Positions 47,411-56,173 of a stretch of 64,000 bases of DNA are shown one piece after another (the first letter of the stretch is position 1; each line of letters starts with the position of its first letter). The stretch comes from Microgenomates group bacterium (GTDB taxonomy: Bacteria; Patescibacteriota; Microgenomatia; PFEM01; JBNASD01): assembly GCA_049720225.1 (NCBI GenBank), contig JBNASD010000003.1, positions 143 through 64,142 of the forward strand. The letters are read 5' to 3'. The position numbers were made by a program, and so were the translations under genes. The notes beneath the pieces are model-generated. The model worked only from the letters and a program-made list of their open reading frames with translations, was not told the origin of the DNA and did not search any database.

Positions 47411-48916
47411 ATGATTAAGAATATTAATTTTGCTCTTCTTAATTTAACGGGTGATCTTTACGCTCGCGGTTCTCGACAACTAGTAGGCTTTTTAAATCAA
47501 CATGGAATAAAAAGCGAAATTTTTTTCCTCCCTGGAGAAAAAAATTTAATTGGCTTAGGACTTAAAGGGACTAAAAGACTAACCAATGAAGACTTAAATG
47601 TTCTTTTGCGGTTTTTAAAAAAATACCAGGTAATTGGTTTCTCTTCGATGGCCGACTATTTTATTAAAACCAAAGATCTAGGCCAAAAACTTAAAAAAAC
47701 TTTTCCGCAAAAAATTTTTCTTTTAGGAGGTATTTTGGGTATTACTCAAAAAGATGAATTAATTAAAGAAAACTGGATAGATGGAATTTGTTTTCAAGAA
47801 GGAGAATTAGCAATGTTAGAGTTCTTGGAAAGATTGGTAAAAAATTATTATTATTGGAAAACACCTGGCTTTTATTTTAAAAAAGAAGGAAAAATTTTTA
47901 AAAATAAAGGAAAAAAATTAATTAATAATATAGATCAAATCCCTCCCGTTGATTATTCAAAAGGCCTAATTGTTTTAAATGGTCAATGTCGAAAAATTTC
48001 CCCTCAAGATATCAAAGACTTCTTTGGCACTACTCTTTGGACAGCAACCAGCCGAGGATGTTATTTTAGGTGTTCTTACTGTATTAACTCCTTTCTTTCG
48101 CCAGAAGAAAAAAAAGTAAGATTTCATTCTCCTGAATATGTAATTAAAGAAATAAAGCTTAATTTAAGGAAATTTAATTTTTTAAATTGTGTTTATTTTA
48201 ATGATGAATCAATGAGTTTTCGGAAAAAAGAAGAATTAGAAAATTTTTTAAAAATTTATAATCAACAAATTGGCTTACCTTGGGGCGCTTATTTTGATCC
48301 CTTCACTTTGAATCCTAACCAAATTGATTTTTTAGTCAAAAATGGTCTGAAAAAATTTAAAATTGGCTTACAATCGGGAAGCAAAAGAATTAATTTTTAT
48401 TTTTTTAATCGAAAAACGGATTATAAAAAATTTAGAAAAATTCTTGAAAAAATAAAAAAATACCGAGGTAAAATCTCTTTACCAATCATCGATATCATTA
48501 CCGACATCCCCTGGGCTAATAAAAAAGACTTAATTAAAGAAATAAGTTTTTTAAATTCTCTTCCTCGTCCTTTCACTATTGAAGCTTTCTCTTTAAGTCT
48601 TTATCCCGGATGTACAATTTATAATCAAGCAATAAAGGAAAAAATAATTTCTCCCTCCCCGCTTACCATCCAGAATCATGTAGCAGGATCCAAAAAAATC
48701 TATGGAGGAGTAATTCTTCCCTTAGCCTCTTTTTTAAACATTCCCCCTCAAATATTAAAATTAGTTAATTTAAATTGGCAGTTGCCTATCTTAGCCAAAT
48801 TATTAAACTACGCAGTAAAAATAAGAAAGCTTTTTTACCAAATTAAAGCTAAAGATCCTACTTTATTACCTTATAAAATCGGTCGATATTTAAAAAATGA
48901 AAAAAAGAAATATTAA
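47411..48916 (+). CDS. B12-binding-domain radical SAM enzyme (class B), second copy
   Basis: N-terminal B12-like domain; CxxxCxxC TATSRGCYFRCSYCINSF. Confidence 0.65.
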   Translation: MIKNINFALLNLTGDLYARGSRQLVGFLNQHGIKSEIFFLPGEKNLIGLGLKGTKRLTNEDLNVLLRFLKKYQVIGFSSMADYFIKTKDLGQKLKKTFPQKIFLLGGILGITQKDELIKENWIDGICFQEGELAMLEFLERLVKNYYYWKTPGFYFKKEGKIFKNKGKKLINNIDQIPPVDYSKGLIVLNGQCRKISPQDIKDFFGTTLWTATSRGCYFRCSYCINSFLSPEEKKVRFHSPEYVIKEIKLNLRKFNFLNCVYFNDESMSFRKKEELENFLKIYNQQIGLPWGAYFDPFTLNPNQIDFLVKNGLKKFKIGLQSGSKRINFYFFNRKTDYKKFRKILEKIKKYRGKISLPIIDIITDIPWANKKDLIKEISFLNSLPRPFTIEAFSLSLYPGCTIYNQAIKEKIISPSPLTIQNHVAGSKKIYGGVILPLASFLNIPPQILKLVNLNWQLPILAKLLNYAVKIRKLFYQIKAKDPTLLPYKIGRYLKNEKKKY

Positions 48917-50483
48917 CTGTTTATTAATCAAAGAAATAATTATTATTTTAATTTTTTTAATTTTAATTTTAGGCTCCTGGGGACCGCTGCTGGTCCATTT
49001 TCTTTTCCCCCCCTCCGGAAAAATTTTTTTAGGAAGCGTTGGTTTTCCTCATGATTTCTTTGGCAATTTAATTTCTTATCAGCAAGGAAGATTAGGCCAT
49101 TGGCTTCACTACTCCAAAATTTCTAGTACCCTCTCTTCTCCCCCTACCCTCGTAAGATGGGAATATAACCTTTTAGGCCAATTAAGTCGCCTTTTACCTT
49201 TTGAGGAAATTATCTCTTTTCATCTTTTTCGCTTTCTTTTTTCCTTAAGTTTAATTTTTTTTACTCTTGTTTTTGTTTTTTCTCTTTTTCCTTCCTTTTA
49301 TCTACCGGCGTTAATTTTAGCCTTTTTTTCCGCCGGTTGGGAAACAAAATTAATTAGCCTCTGGACCCCGTTAGGAGTTTTTCAACGATGGGCCTATTAC
49401 CCTCATTATTTATGGTCATTTGTCTTTTTCTTAGCTGGTTTTTGGTTTTTAGTAAAAGCATTGGAAACAAAAAAAATCTCATTTTTAATTTTTGCCAGTA
49501 TTTTTAATTTTTTTGCTAGCAATCATCCCCCGGTAATTTTATCTTTTTATCTTACTTTACCTTTTTATCTTTTGATTTTTATTTATCAAAAAAAACCAAC
49601 TACAAAAGATTTTCTAAAAGAATGTTTATTTCTTTTTATTTTTTCTGTTTCCGCTTTGCCCTTTTTGGTTTATCTTTATCAGGTAAGAAATCTTCATCCC
49701 TGGGATTTACTTTCTAAATTTGATTTAGCTTATGATTTTAAAAATTATCTTTCTTTTGGGGATATTTTAAAAGGATTAGGACCAGCAAGTATTTTTGCCT
49801 TCCTTGGCTCTTGGTTGGCAATTAAAGAAAAAAAACGAATTTGGTGGTTTTTGGCACCCCAAAGTTTTGGATATCTTTTAGGTTTTTTTCTTGTTTCTTC
49901 TTTTATTGGCTACAACAGTATTCGTTTTCTCCAAACGCCATTTTTTATTTGGTTAGCTTTTTTAACTACTCTTTTTTGGCAAAAAATTTTTCCGAAAAAA
50001 AATTTCTTAAGTGTTTTATTATTTTTCTTTATTTTTCTTTTTCCCGGTATTCCGGGATTAAAATTTAGTTTCCAAACCAACATTAATAATTTCTCCTCCA
50101 CCCATCCTTATATTTTTACTTCTCCTTTTAAAAAAGAAGCGCTTAAATGGCTAAAAGAAAATACTCAAGAGAAAGAAATTATTCTTTCTTCTCCTATCAA
50201 TGGAATGTTAATTGCTGCTTTTGCTGGAAATTATCCTTATATCACTGTTTATCTTCCCCAAGAGAAAGAATTTTCTTTTATTTGGGAAAATTATTATAAT
50301 TTTTTTAAACAAAATTGGTCTACTAACCAAGCAGAAGAATTTCTTAAAAAAGAAAATATAAGATATATTTTTTGGGGAGAGGAAGAAAAAAGTTTAAGTG
50401 GAAAAAACAGTTTAGATTATCCCTTTTTAGAAAAAGTCTTTGAAAACTCTTTAGTTTCCATATTTCGTTTTAATCCCACCTAA
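48897..50483 (+). CDS. polytopic membrane protein, GT-C-like, paralog B
   Basis: Multi-TM; conserved C-terminal domain ...AAFAGNYPYI...FLKKENIRYIFWGEEEKS. Confidence 0.5.
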   Translation: MKKRNINCLLIKEIIIILIFLILILGSWGPLLVHFLFPPSGKIFLGSVGFPHDFFGNLISYQQGRLGHWLHYSKISSTLSSPPTLVRWEYNLLGQLSRLLPFEEIISFHLFRFLFSLSLIFFTLVFVFSLFPSFYLPALILAFFSAGWETKLISLWTPLGVFQRWAYYPHYLWSFVFFLAGFWFLVKALETKKISFLIFASIFNFFASNHPPVILSFYLTLPFYLLIFIYQKKPTTKDFLKECLFLFIFSVSALPFLVYLYQVRNLHPWDLLSKFDLAYDFKNYLSFGDILKGLGPASIFAFLGSWLAIKEKKRIWWFLAPQSFGYLLGFFLVSSFIGYNSIRFLQTPFFIWLAFLTTLFWQKIFPKKNFLSVLLFFFIFLFPGIPGLKFSFQTNINNFSSTHPYIFTSPFKKEALKWLKENTQEKEIILSSPINGMLIAAFAGNYPYITVYLPQEKEFSFIWENYYNFFKQNWSTNQAEEFLKKENIRYIFWGEEEKSLSGKNSLDYPFLEKVFENSLVSIFRFNPT

Positions 50484-50491
50484 GGGGTGGG
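50474..50491. repeat. palindromic hairpin repeat, copy 6 (reverse orientation TCCCACCTAAGGGGTGGG)
   Basis: Overlaps stop codon of 48897..50483. Confidence 0.6.
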
Positions 50492-50503
50492 CAGAGGAAG
50501 AAA

Positions 50504-52171
50504 ATGAAAAAACTAATTGTGGTTTATCTAATAAGTTTTTTGATTGCTTTTTTAAATATTTTTCAAGTTGTTTGGTACGAAGCAAAAACCCCTTATAATA
50601 CCCAATATTTAGCCCCTGATGGTCATTATCCAATTGATTATTTCGCTTATCTTATCTCTATTGCTCAGGGTTTTCGAGGAAAATGGCAATTAGTTAATCT
50701 TTTAACCAGCGAAAACACTCCCTCCTACTGGGTAATAAGTTGGCCGTATTTGCTAATAGGTCATTTTTCAAGAATTTTTGGTCTTCTTCCTCAATTTGGC
50801 TATTGGATCGCCGTTTTTGGATTAACTTTTTTAATAATTTTCATCACCTATTTCCTTATTAAAATTACTTTGGCTAAAAATAAATTTTTAGTTTTTCCGG
50901 TTTTTTTAATTTATATTTTTGCCGGGCCTTTTTGGCAAATTAATAACCTTAATCCTTTAAAAATAGATTTTTTTCCTTTAACCTGGTATTATAAAACGCT
51001 TATTTTTAGTCGTCTTTCCGCCATTCCTCATCATCTTTTTGCTAATCTTCTAATTCTTCTTTTTTTTCTTTTCTCTTATTATTTTTTTGAAAATTTTTTA
51101 AAGAAAATTCATTCTCGAAAAAATTTTTTTTATTTCTTAGCGATTACCTTCGTTTTGGTTTTAATTTTTTCTCTCACTCCGATTAAAATTACTTATCTTT
51201 TTTTTACTTTTATTTTAACCTTTATTTATTGTTTCTTTCTTCATTATCGTCACAAAATTTCCTTTCGATTATTCTTTTTTAAAATTCTTTTTTATCTCAT
51301 CCCTCTTGGTTTATTACTTCTCTTTTTTGGTTTATATTTTCAAAAAAATTCCCAAGGAGCTTTTTTACCGGAATTAAAAACATTTGAAAAAGAAGAAATG
51401 GAATTTCCTTCTCTTAAAAATTTTCTTTTAGGTTCAGGACCGCTTTTAATTTTGGGGATAATCGCTTTTTGGTTATTAATTTTTACTGGTTTTAATCAAA
51501 TTTCTCCCTTTCTTTTTCTCGGTTTAACCGCCACTTTTTTATCTTATCTTCTTTTTTATACCCCATTTTCTGCTTTTTTTAATAATCATAATTCACGATT
51601 GCTCTTTGGAGAAAGTTATCTTTTTTTCTCTATTACCCTAGGATTAAGTCTGGAAAAAATTGCCCTTAAACTAAAATTAAACCCCAAAAAATTAATTATT
51701 TTTTTTCTTTTATTTTTTACTCTTTTTTCTCTTCCTGCGTGGTATGCTTATCTTCCTACTAGGTTAGAAACGGATCCTTTTTTTGAAAAAAACTATCGTT
51801 ATCTTCCTTTAGAAATAATTGAAGGTCTCACTTACTTAAATACCAAAAGTAATTCCCAAACAATAATTTTAACTCCTCCTAATTTCTTAGGATTAATTTT
51901 GCCGGTTTTTGTCGAAGGAAGAGTCTTTTGTGGATCGCCCAGCGGTACCCATCAATATTATCCGAAGGCTTTGATGGCGGCTAATTTTTATGGAGAAAAA
52001 ACCTCAATTGAAGAAAAAATAAAATTTCTTAAAGAAAACAAAATTAAATACGTAATTTACGTTTCTCCTGATTTAGACCCTAACCTTCCCGATTATATTT
52101 CTAAAAATTTCTCAAAATTAAATTTAAAACTAATCTTTTCTAATTCAAAAATAAAAATCTTTGAATTTTAG
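50504..52171 (+). CDS. polytopic membrane protein, GT-C-like, paralog C
   Basis: Multi-TM; conserved C-terminal domain ...FLKENKIKYVIYVSPD. Confidence 0.5.
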   Translation: MKKLIVVYLISFLIAFLNIFQVVWYEAKTPYNTQYLAPDGHYPIDYFAYLISIAQGFRGKWQLVNLLTSENTPSYWVISWPYLLIGHFSRIFGLLPQFGYWIAVFGLTFLIIFITYFLIKITLAKNKFLVFPVFLIYIFAGPFWQINNLNPLKIDFFPLTWYYKTLIFSRLSAIPHHLFANLLILLFFLFSYYFFENFLKKIHSRKNFFYFLAITFVLVLIFSLTPIKITYLFFTFILTFIYCFFLHYRHKISFRLFFFKILFYLIPLGLLLLFFGLYFQKNSQGAFLPELKTFEKEEMEFPSLKNFLLGSGPLLILGIIAFWLLIFTGFNQISPFLFLGLTATFLSYLLFYTPFSAFFNNHNSRLLFGESYLFFSITLGLSLEKIALKLKLNPKKLIIFFLLFFTLFSLPAWYAYLPTRLETDPFFEKNYRYLPLEIIEGLTYLNTKSNSQTIILTPPNFLGLILPVFVEGRVFCGSPSGTHQYYPKALMAANFYGEKTSIEEKIKFLKENKIKYVIYVSPDLDPNLPDYISKNFSKLNLKLIFSNSKIKIFEF

Positions 52172-52178
52172 CCCTTTT

Positions 52179-52195
52179 TCCCACCTAAGGGGTGG
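52179..52195. repeat. palindromic hairpin repeat, copy 7 (TCCCACCTAAGGGGTGG) between convergent genes
   Basis: Overlaps stop (CTA) of 52185..53786. Confidence 0.6.
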
Positions 52196-53786
52196 CTAAA
52201 ATATGAACTGTTAAGCCCAAGGTAGGAAATTCTTTTTCGGCAATCTTTTTTTCTCGATTGCTAATTAAAAATTCTTTTGCCTGCAAGGCAGTTCCTAAAT
52301 TGGCTTTCCGAAAGTCAACAGTATCTAACATTCCTCCTTCTTTAATTTCTAAAACGATAAAATAAGAAGAGTATTTATCTTCCCTTATTCCCCACCCTGC
52401 CTTTTGACCAACCGCAAAGTAAAAATTAAAAAGAAGGGGACTAAATTCATTGGTAAAATTCAAAGGAATTACTGGTTTTCTCAAATCAACTTGAGAAAAA
52501 ATAAATTTAAAAACATCTTCTTGTTTTTCCTGCTTTTGATAGTCGGGATATTGGTGGGGCCAATTATCACGGGTAAAATCAAACCGCCAACTCCGATATT
52601 GATCTTGCTCGTAAAAAACCGCGGTATCACTTTCATGAGAAACAGTAGGTCGTAAAATTTTTGGTAAAAAAATTAAATCTTTTAAAATTACCCCTCCAAA
52701 GATTAAAAACCCAGAAAAAAATATCCCTCCTAAAAAAGTTTGCCGAAGAATTATTTTTTTAAAAAAGCTAAAAATTAAAAATAAAATTTTTTCTAATCCA
52801 AAACTGGCAACCACCAAAAATCCAGGAACACTGGTAAAAATAAATCTTCCCTGATTATTGCCCATATGTCTTTCCGCTAAAATAAAATTAATTAAAAAAA
52901 GAAACCCCAAAATTCGCAAACGAAAGTCTCTTGGCCACCATTTAAAGGAATAAACAAATCCCAAAAAAGCCAATAAGAAAACTAAAGGGGAAAAAAAGTA
53001 CTCAAAAGCTAAAACAAGAGGGTAATATAAAAGATGGCCAATTACTGTTGTCTCGTAAAGATGAATGGTAAACCGGTTTTGTAAAATTAACCAAAATTCT
53101 TGCCACCGACCAGACGGAGAAAGCCAAATAGCTAAAACTAAAAATACGGGTAAAAACAAAATTAAATTTTCTTTTAATCGGCGCCAGAAAAAAAATTCTA
53201 ATCCCAAAACCATCAAAACTAATACTCCATAATTATATTTAGTGAGGGTTAAAATTAAACTTACCAATCCGCTTAAAAAAAACCAAAATAATTTTTTTTC
53301 TTCCCGTCCTTTAATATAAAACCAAAAAGCTAGTAAAGTTAAAACCGTCCCTAATCCTTCTTTCATTGCCGTAGAATAGTAATATAAAATTAGCGGCGAA
53401 GTAAAAAGAAAAAATAAAACTAAAAAGGAAGCTAAAGATTTTTTGCCACTTATTTTTAAACTTATTTGATAAATCAATAAAGCAGTAGGAAAAATTAATA
53501 AAAAACTCACCAAGCGAGCAGTAAAAAAATTATAAGGCAAAAAAATTGTAGTCAAACCTAAAAACCAAGACTGAAAGAAAGGATAATAAAACTGTGATTG
53601 GGTAATTTTTAAAAATTCTTGCCAATTGCCAGCCCGCAGGGCTTCATGAACCCGATATCCCTCCCAAATATAACCCGCCTCATCCCACATTACTATTCCC
53701 GGCAAAAAATGAAAAAAAGAAAAAAAGGCAAAAAGAATTAAAACAAGAAGAAAGAAAAATTTTATCTCCCTAAATTTAATCCTCAT
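52185..53786 (-). CDS. ArnT/PMT-like GT-C family glycosyltransferase (GT39/GT83-type)
   Basis: First periplasmic loop VMWDEAGYIWEGY (conserved DE motif of PMT/ArnT), >10 TMs, 533 aa. Confidence 0.6.
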   Translation of the reverse strand: MRIKFREIKFFFLLVLILFAFFSFFHFLPGIVMWDEAGYIWEGYRVHEALRAGNWQEFLKITQSQFYYPFFQSWFLGLTTIFLPYNFFTARLVSFLLIFPTALLIYQISLKISGKKSLASFLVLFFLFTSPLILYYYSTAMKEGLGTVLTLLAFWFYIKGREEKKLFWFFLSGLVSLILTLTKYNYGVLVLMVLGLEFFFWRRLKENLILFLPVFLVLAIWLSPSGRWQEFWLILQNRFTIHLYETTVIGHLLYYPLVLAFEYFFSPLVFLLAFLGFVYSFKWWPRDFRLRILGFLFLINFILAERHMGNNQGRFIFTSVPGFLVVASFGLEKILFLIFSFFKKIILRQTFLGGIFFSGFLIFGGVILKDLIFLPKILRPTVSHESDTAVFYEQDQYRSWRFDFTRDNWPHQYPDYQKQEKQEDVFKFIFSQVDLRKPVIPLNFTNEFSPLLFNFYFAVGQKAGWGIREDKYSSYFIVLEIKEGGMLDTVDFRKANLGTALQAKEFLISNREKKIAEKEFPTLGLTVHILATP

Positions 53787-53816
53787 TTTCTAGTTTTAGT
53801 TCATTATATAATAAAA

Positions 53817-55406
53817 ATGATGAGAAAAATTCTGAAAATTAATTTTTTTTATTTCACGGAAAAAAAGGAATTAATCGGAGTAATTTTTCTTTCTTTTTTT
53901 GCGTTATTTTTAAGTCTTATTTCTACCTTTACTGATATTTTTTTCCATGCTCCCCCCAACACCGTCTACTCTTTTGCTCATAATTATATGCCTGATTATT
54001 ATCAATATCTTTCTTGGATGAAAGATGGCGCGGATGGTAAATTTTTTATCACTTCTCGTTATTCGGCAGTTGATTTCGTACCTAAACCAGTTTATCTTTT
54101 TTATCCTCTTTTAGGTTTTCTCTCGCAAAAAATGGGTTTACCTTTAGTCTTTGGCTATACCTTAGGGCGAATTTTTTGGGCGGGAGTTCGTCTTTTGGCA
54201 ATTTATTTTTTAATTACTCAGATAATCAAAAAACCCTACTTGCGTTTATTGACTTTTTTTCTTTGTTTGTTTCTTCCCCCTTTTTACCAAATTTTTTCCG
54301 GAAAATTAACATTTCAAAATATCTCCAATTTAGACCCCCTTGCCCGTAATCTTTTTATCCCCCACGACAGCGCTACTTTAGCTCTAATTTTGTTTTCCGC
54401 TATTTTTTTTAATTTTTATCTTCGGCAAAAAAAAATTCTTTTTCTTTTTTCATCCGCACTTCTTTTAAGCATTGCCTCAGTTTTTAATCCGGCAATTACC
54501 AGTTTATTTTTGCTTTTTCTTGCCGGTGGTGGTTTTTTATATTTGGTTAAAAACAAAAAATTTTTTCCTTTATTATTGGGAGGAATAATTTTGGCTATTT
54601 TTAGCCTGCCAATTCTTTTTTACTATCAACATCTTTTTGCCACTACTCTCCCTTTTTCGTGGATGTTTCATCGCCAAAAAACAGTAGTGGTTTTGGATTT
54701 TAAGAATCACTTTTTGGCTCTTTTACCGTTTTTATTAGTTGGTTTTTGGGGATTTTTAAAAAGCTTTTCTCAAAAAGATTTTTTAACTAACTTTCTTTTA
54801 AGTTGGGTAATTATCTCTTTTATTTTAGCTCCTCTTTTAGGAAGAATTCTTCCTTTATCGCAAGAACGCCTTTTTGAAATATCTCATTTTTTACCGTTGG
54901 CAATTTTTGGCGGAAAAACTTTAGAAAGCTTAAGGGGAATTAAATTTAAAATTGCCTTAACTTTGCTTTTTTTATTTATTCTCCCCTATTTCGTTTTTGA
55001 TTTGAAATGGCATATCAAGCAGTTTGCCTCTCCTTATTTTAATATTTATATTCCTATTACTACCCTTCAAGCATTTGGGTGGCTTGATCAAAATACTCCC
55101 CCTCTCTCGGTAGTCGCCGCTGGTTATTACACTGCCAATATGATTCCTGCTTTTTCTCACAATCGCGTGTTTTTTGGTCATGATTTTACTACTTACTTGG
55201 CGGAAGAAAAACTTCAAGAATTAAATCTTTTATTTTCTCCTTCTACACCAGAAGAAGAAATTAAGGAGATTCTCCAAAAAAATAAAGTTGATTATTGGTT
55301 TTTTAGTCCAGAGACGCCAACTATTCCTTCTCAATTGATAGAAAAATTAGGTTTTAAATTGATTTTTTTCAATCAAGGGAATCAAATTTACCAAGTGAAA
55401 TTTTAA
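53817..55406 (+). CDS. polytopic membrane protein, GT-C-like, paralog D
   Basis: Multi-TM; conserved C-terminal domain ...AAGYYTANMIPAFSHNRVFFGHD...ILQKNKVDYWFFSPE. Confidence 0.5.
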   Translation: MMRKILKINFFYFTEKKELIGVIFLSFFALFLSLISTFTDIFFHAPPNTVYSFAHNYMPDYYQYLSWMKDGADGKFFITSRYSAVDFVPKPVYLFYPLLGFLSQKMGLPLVFGYTLGRIFWAGVRLLAIYFLITQIIKKPYLRLLTFFLCLFLPPFYQIFSGKLTFQNISNLDPLARNLFIPHDSATLALILFSAIFFNFYLRQKKILFLFSSALLLSIASVFNPAITSLFLLFLAGGGFLYLVKNKKFFPLLLGGIILAIFSLPILFYYQHLFATTLPFSWMFHRQKTVVVLDFKNHFLALLPFLLVGFWGFLKSFSQKDFLTNFLLSWVIISFILAPLLGRILPLSQERLFEISHFLPLAIFGGKTLESLRGIKFKIALTLLFLFILPYFVFDLKWHIKQFASPYFNIYIPITTLQAFGWLDQNTPPLSVVAAGYYTANMIPAFSHNRVFFGHDFTTYLAEEKLQELNLLFSPSTPEEEIKEILQKNKVDYWFFSPETPTIPSQLIEKLGFKLIFFNQGNQIYQVKF

Positions 55407-55452
55407 AATTGATTATTGACAATTGAAATAAAAATTGCTAATTTAAAAAAGT

Positions 55453-56142
55453 ATGGAGGAAAAACCTGATTTGAAAAAAATCGCCGCGGGAATGATTTTG
55501 GGATTGGTAATTTTAGGAGGTGCCTTATATTTTGCCTGGAAATACTCCCAAAAACAAGGAATTAAACTTACTTTACCTTCGGGAGGAACTTATACTGGCG
55601 AAAAAAGTGGTTTTCAAGATGCTAATCCCCCCACCGCCCCTCTTCGTTTTACCGCCCCAGCAGATGTGGAATGGGTTACTTATCAAGGAAAAGTCTATCC
55701 TTACACTTTTTCTTATCCTAAAACTTTATCTTTAGCCAATTTTCCCAACGATCCTTTAGACGCCGTTGGAATTGCTTGGGGTAATCTTAACCCTCAGTTT
55801 AATATTTTGTTAGATATTGAAAATATTGAACAATTAGACCCCCAAAACGTCGGTAATACCGAAGCTTTTGTTCACAACTGGTGGAAAAGATTTTCTGGTC
55901 TTAAAGGAGTTTTATCGGTAGACAGATTCACCAATGCTAATGGTTTAAAAGGTTATAAAGCAATTTACATTAACACCGCAGGACAAACTCCTAATGTTGA
56001 CATCTTTTTTGAAGTACCGCGTAATCCTAAATTAGTAATCCATTTAGCTAATGGGATTTTGGATCCTTTAATTTTTAACCGCATTGTTGATAGCGTCAAT
56101 TGGCTTTCTCCTACCCCCAGCCCCACTCCTCCTTCTCAATAA
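55453..56142 (+). CDS. membrane-anchored hypothetical protein with PT-rich C-terminal tail
   Basis: N-terminal TM; ...SPTPSPTPPSQ* tail. Confidence 0.45.
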   Translation: MEEKPDLKKIAAGMILGLVILGGALYFAWKYSQKQGIKLTLPSGGTYTGEKSGFQDANPPTAPLRFTAPADVEWVTYQGKVYPYTFSYPKTLSLANFPNDPLDAVGIAWGNLNPQFNILLDIENIEQLDPQNVGNTEAFVHNWWKRFSGLKGVLSVDRFTNANGLKGYKAIYINTAGQTPNVDIFFEVPRNPKLVIHLANGILDPLIFNRIVDSVNWLSPTPSPTPPSQ

Positions 56143-56173
56143 TTCTTTTAAAAAGATATAATAAAATTAATTT

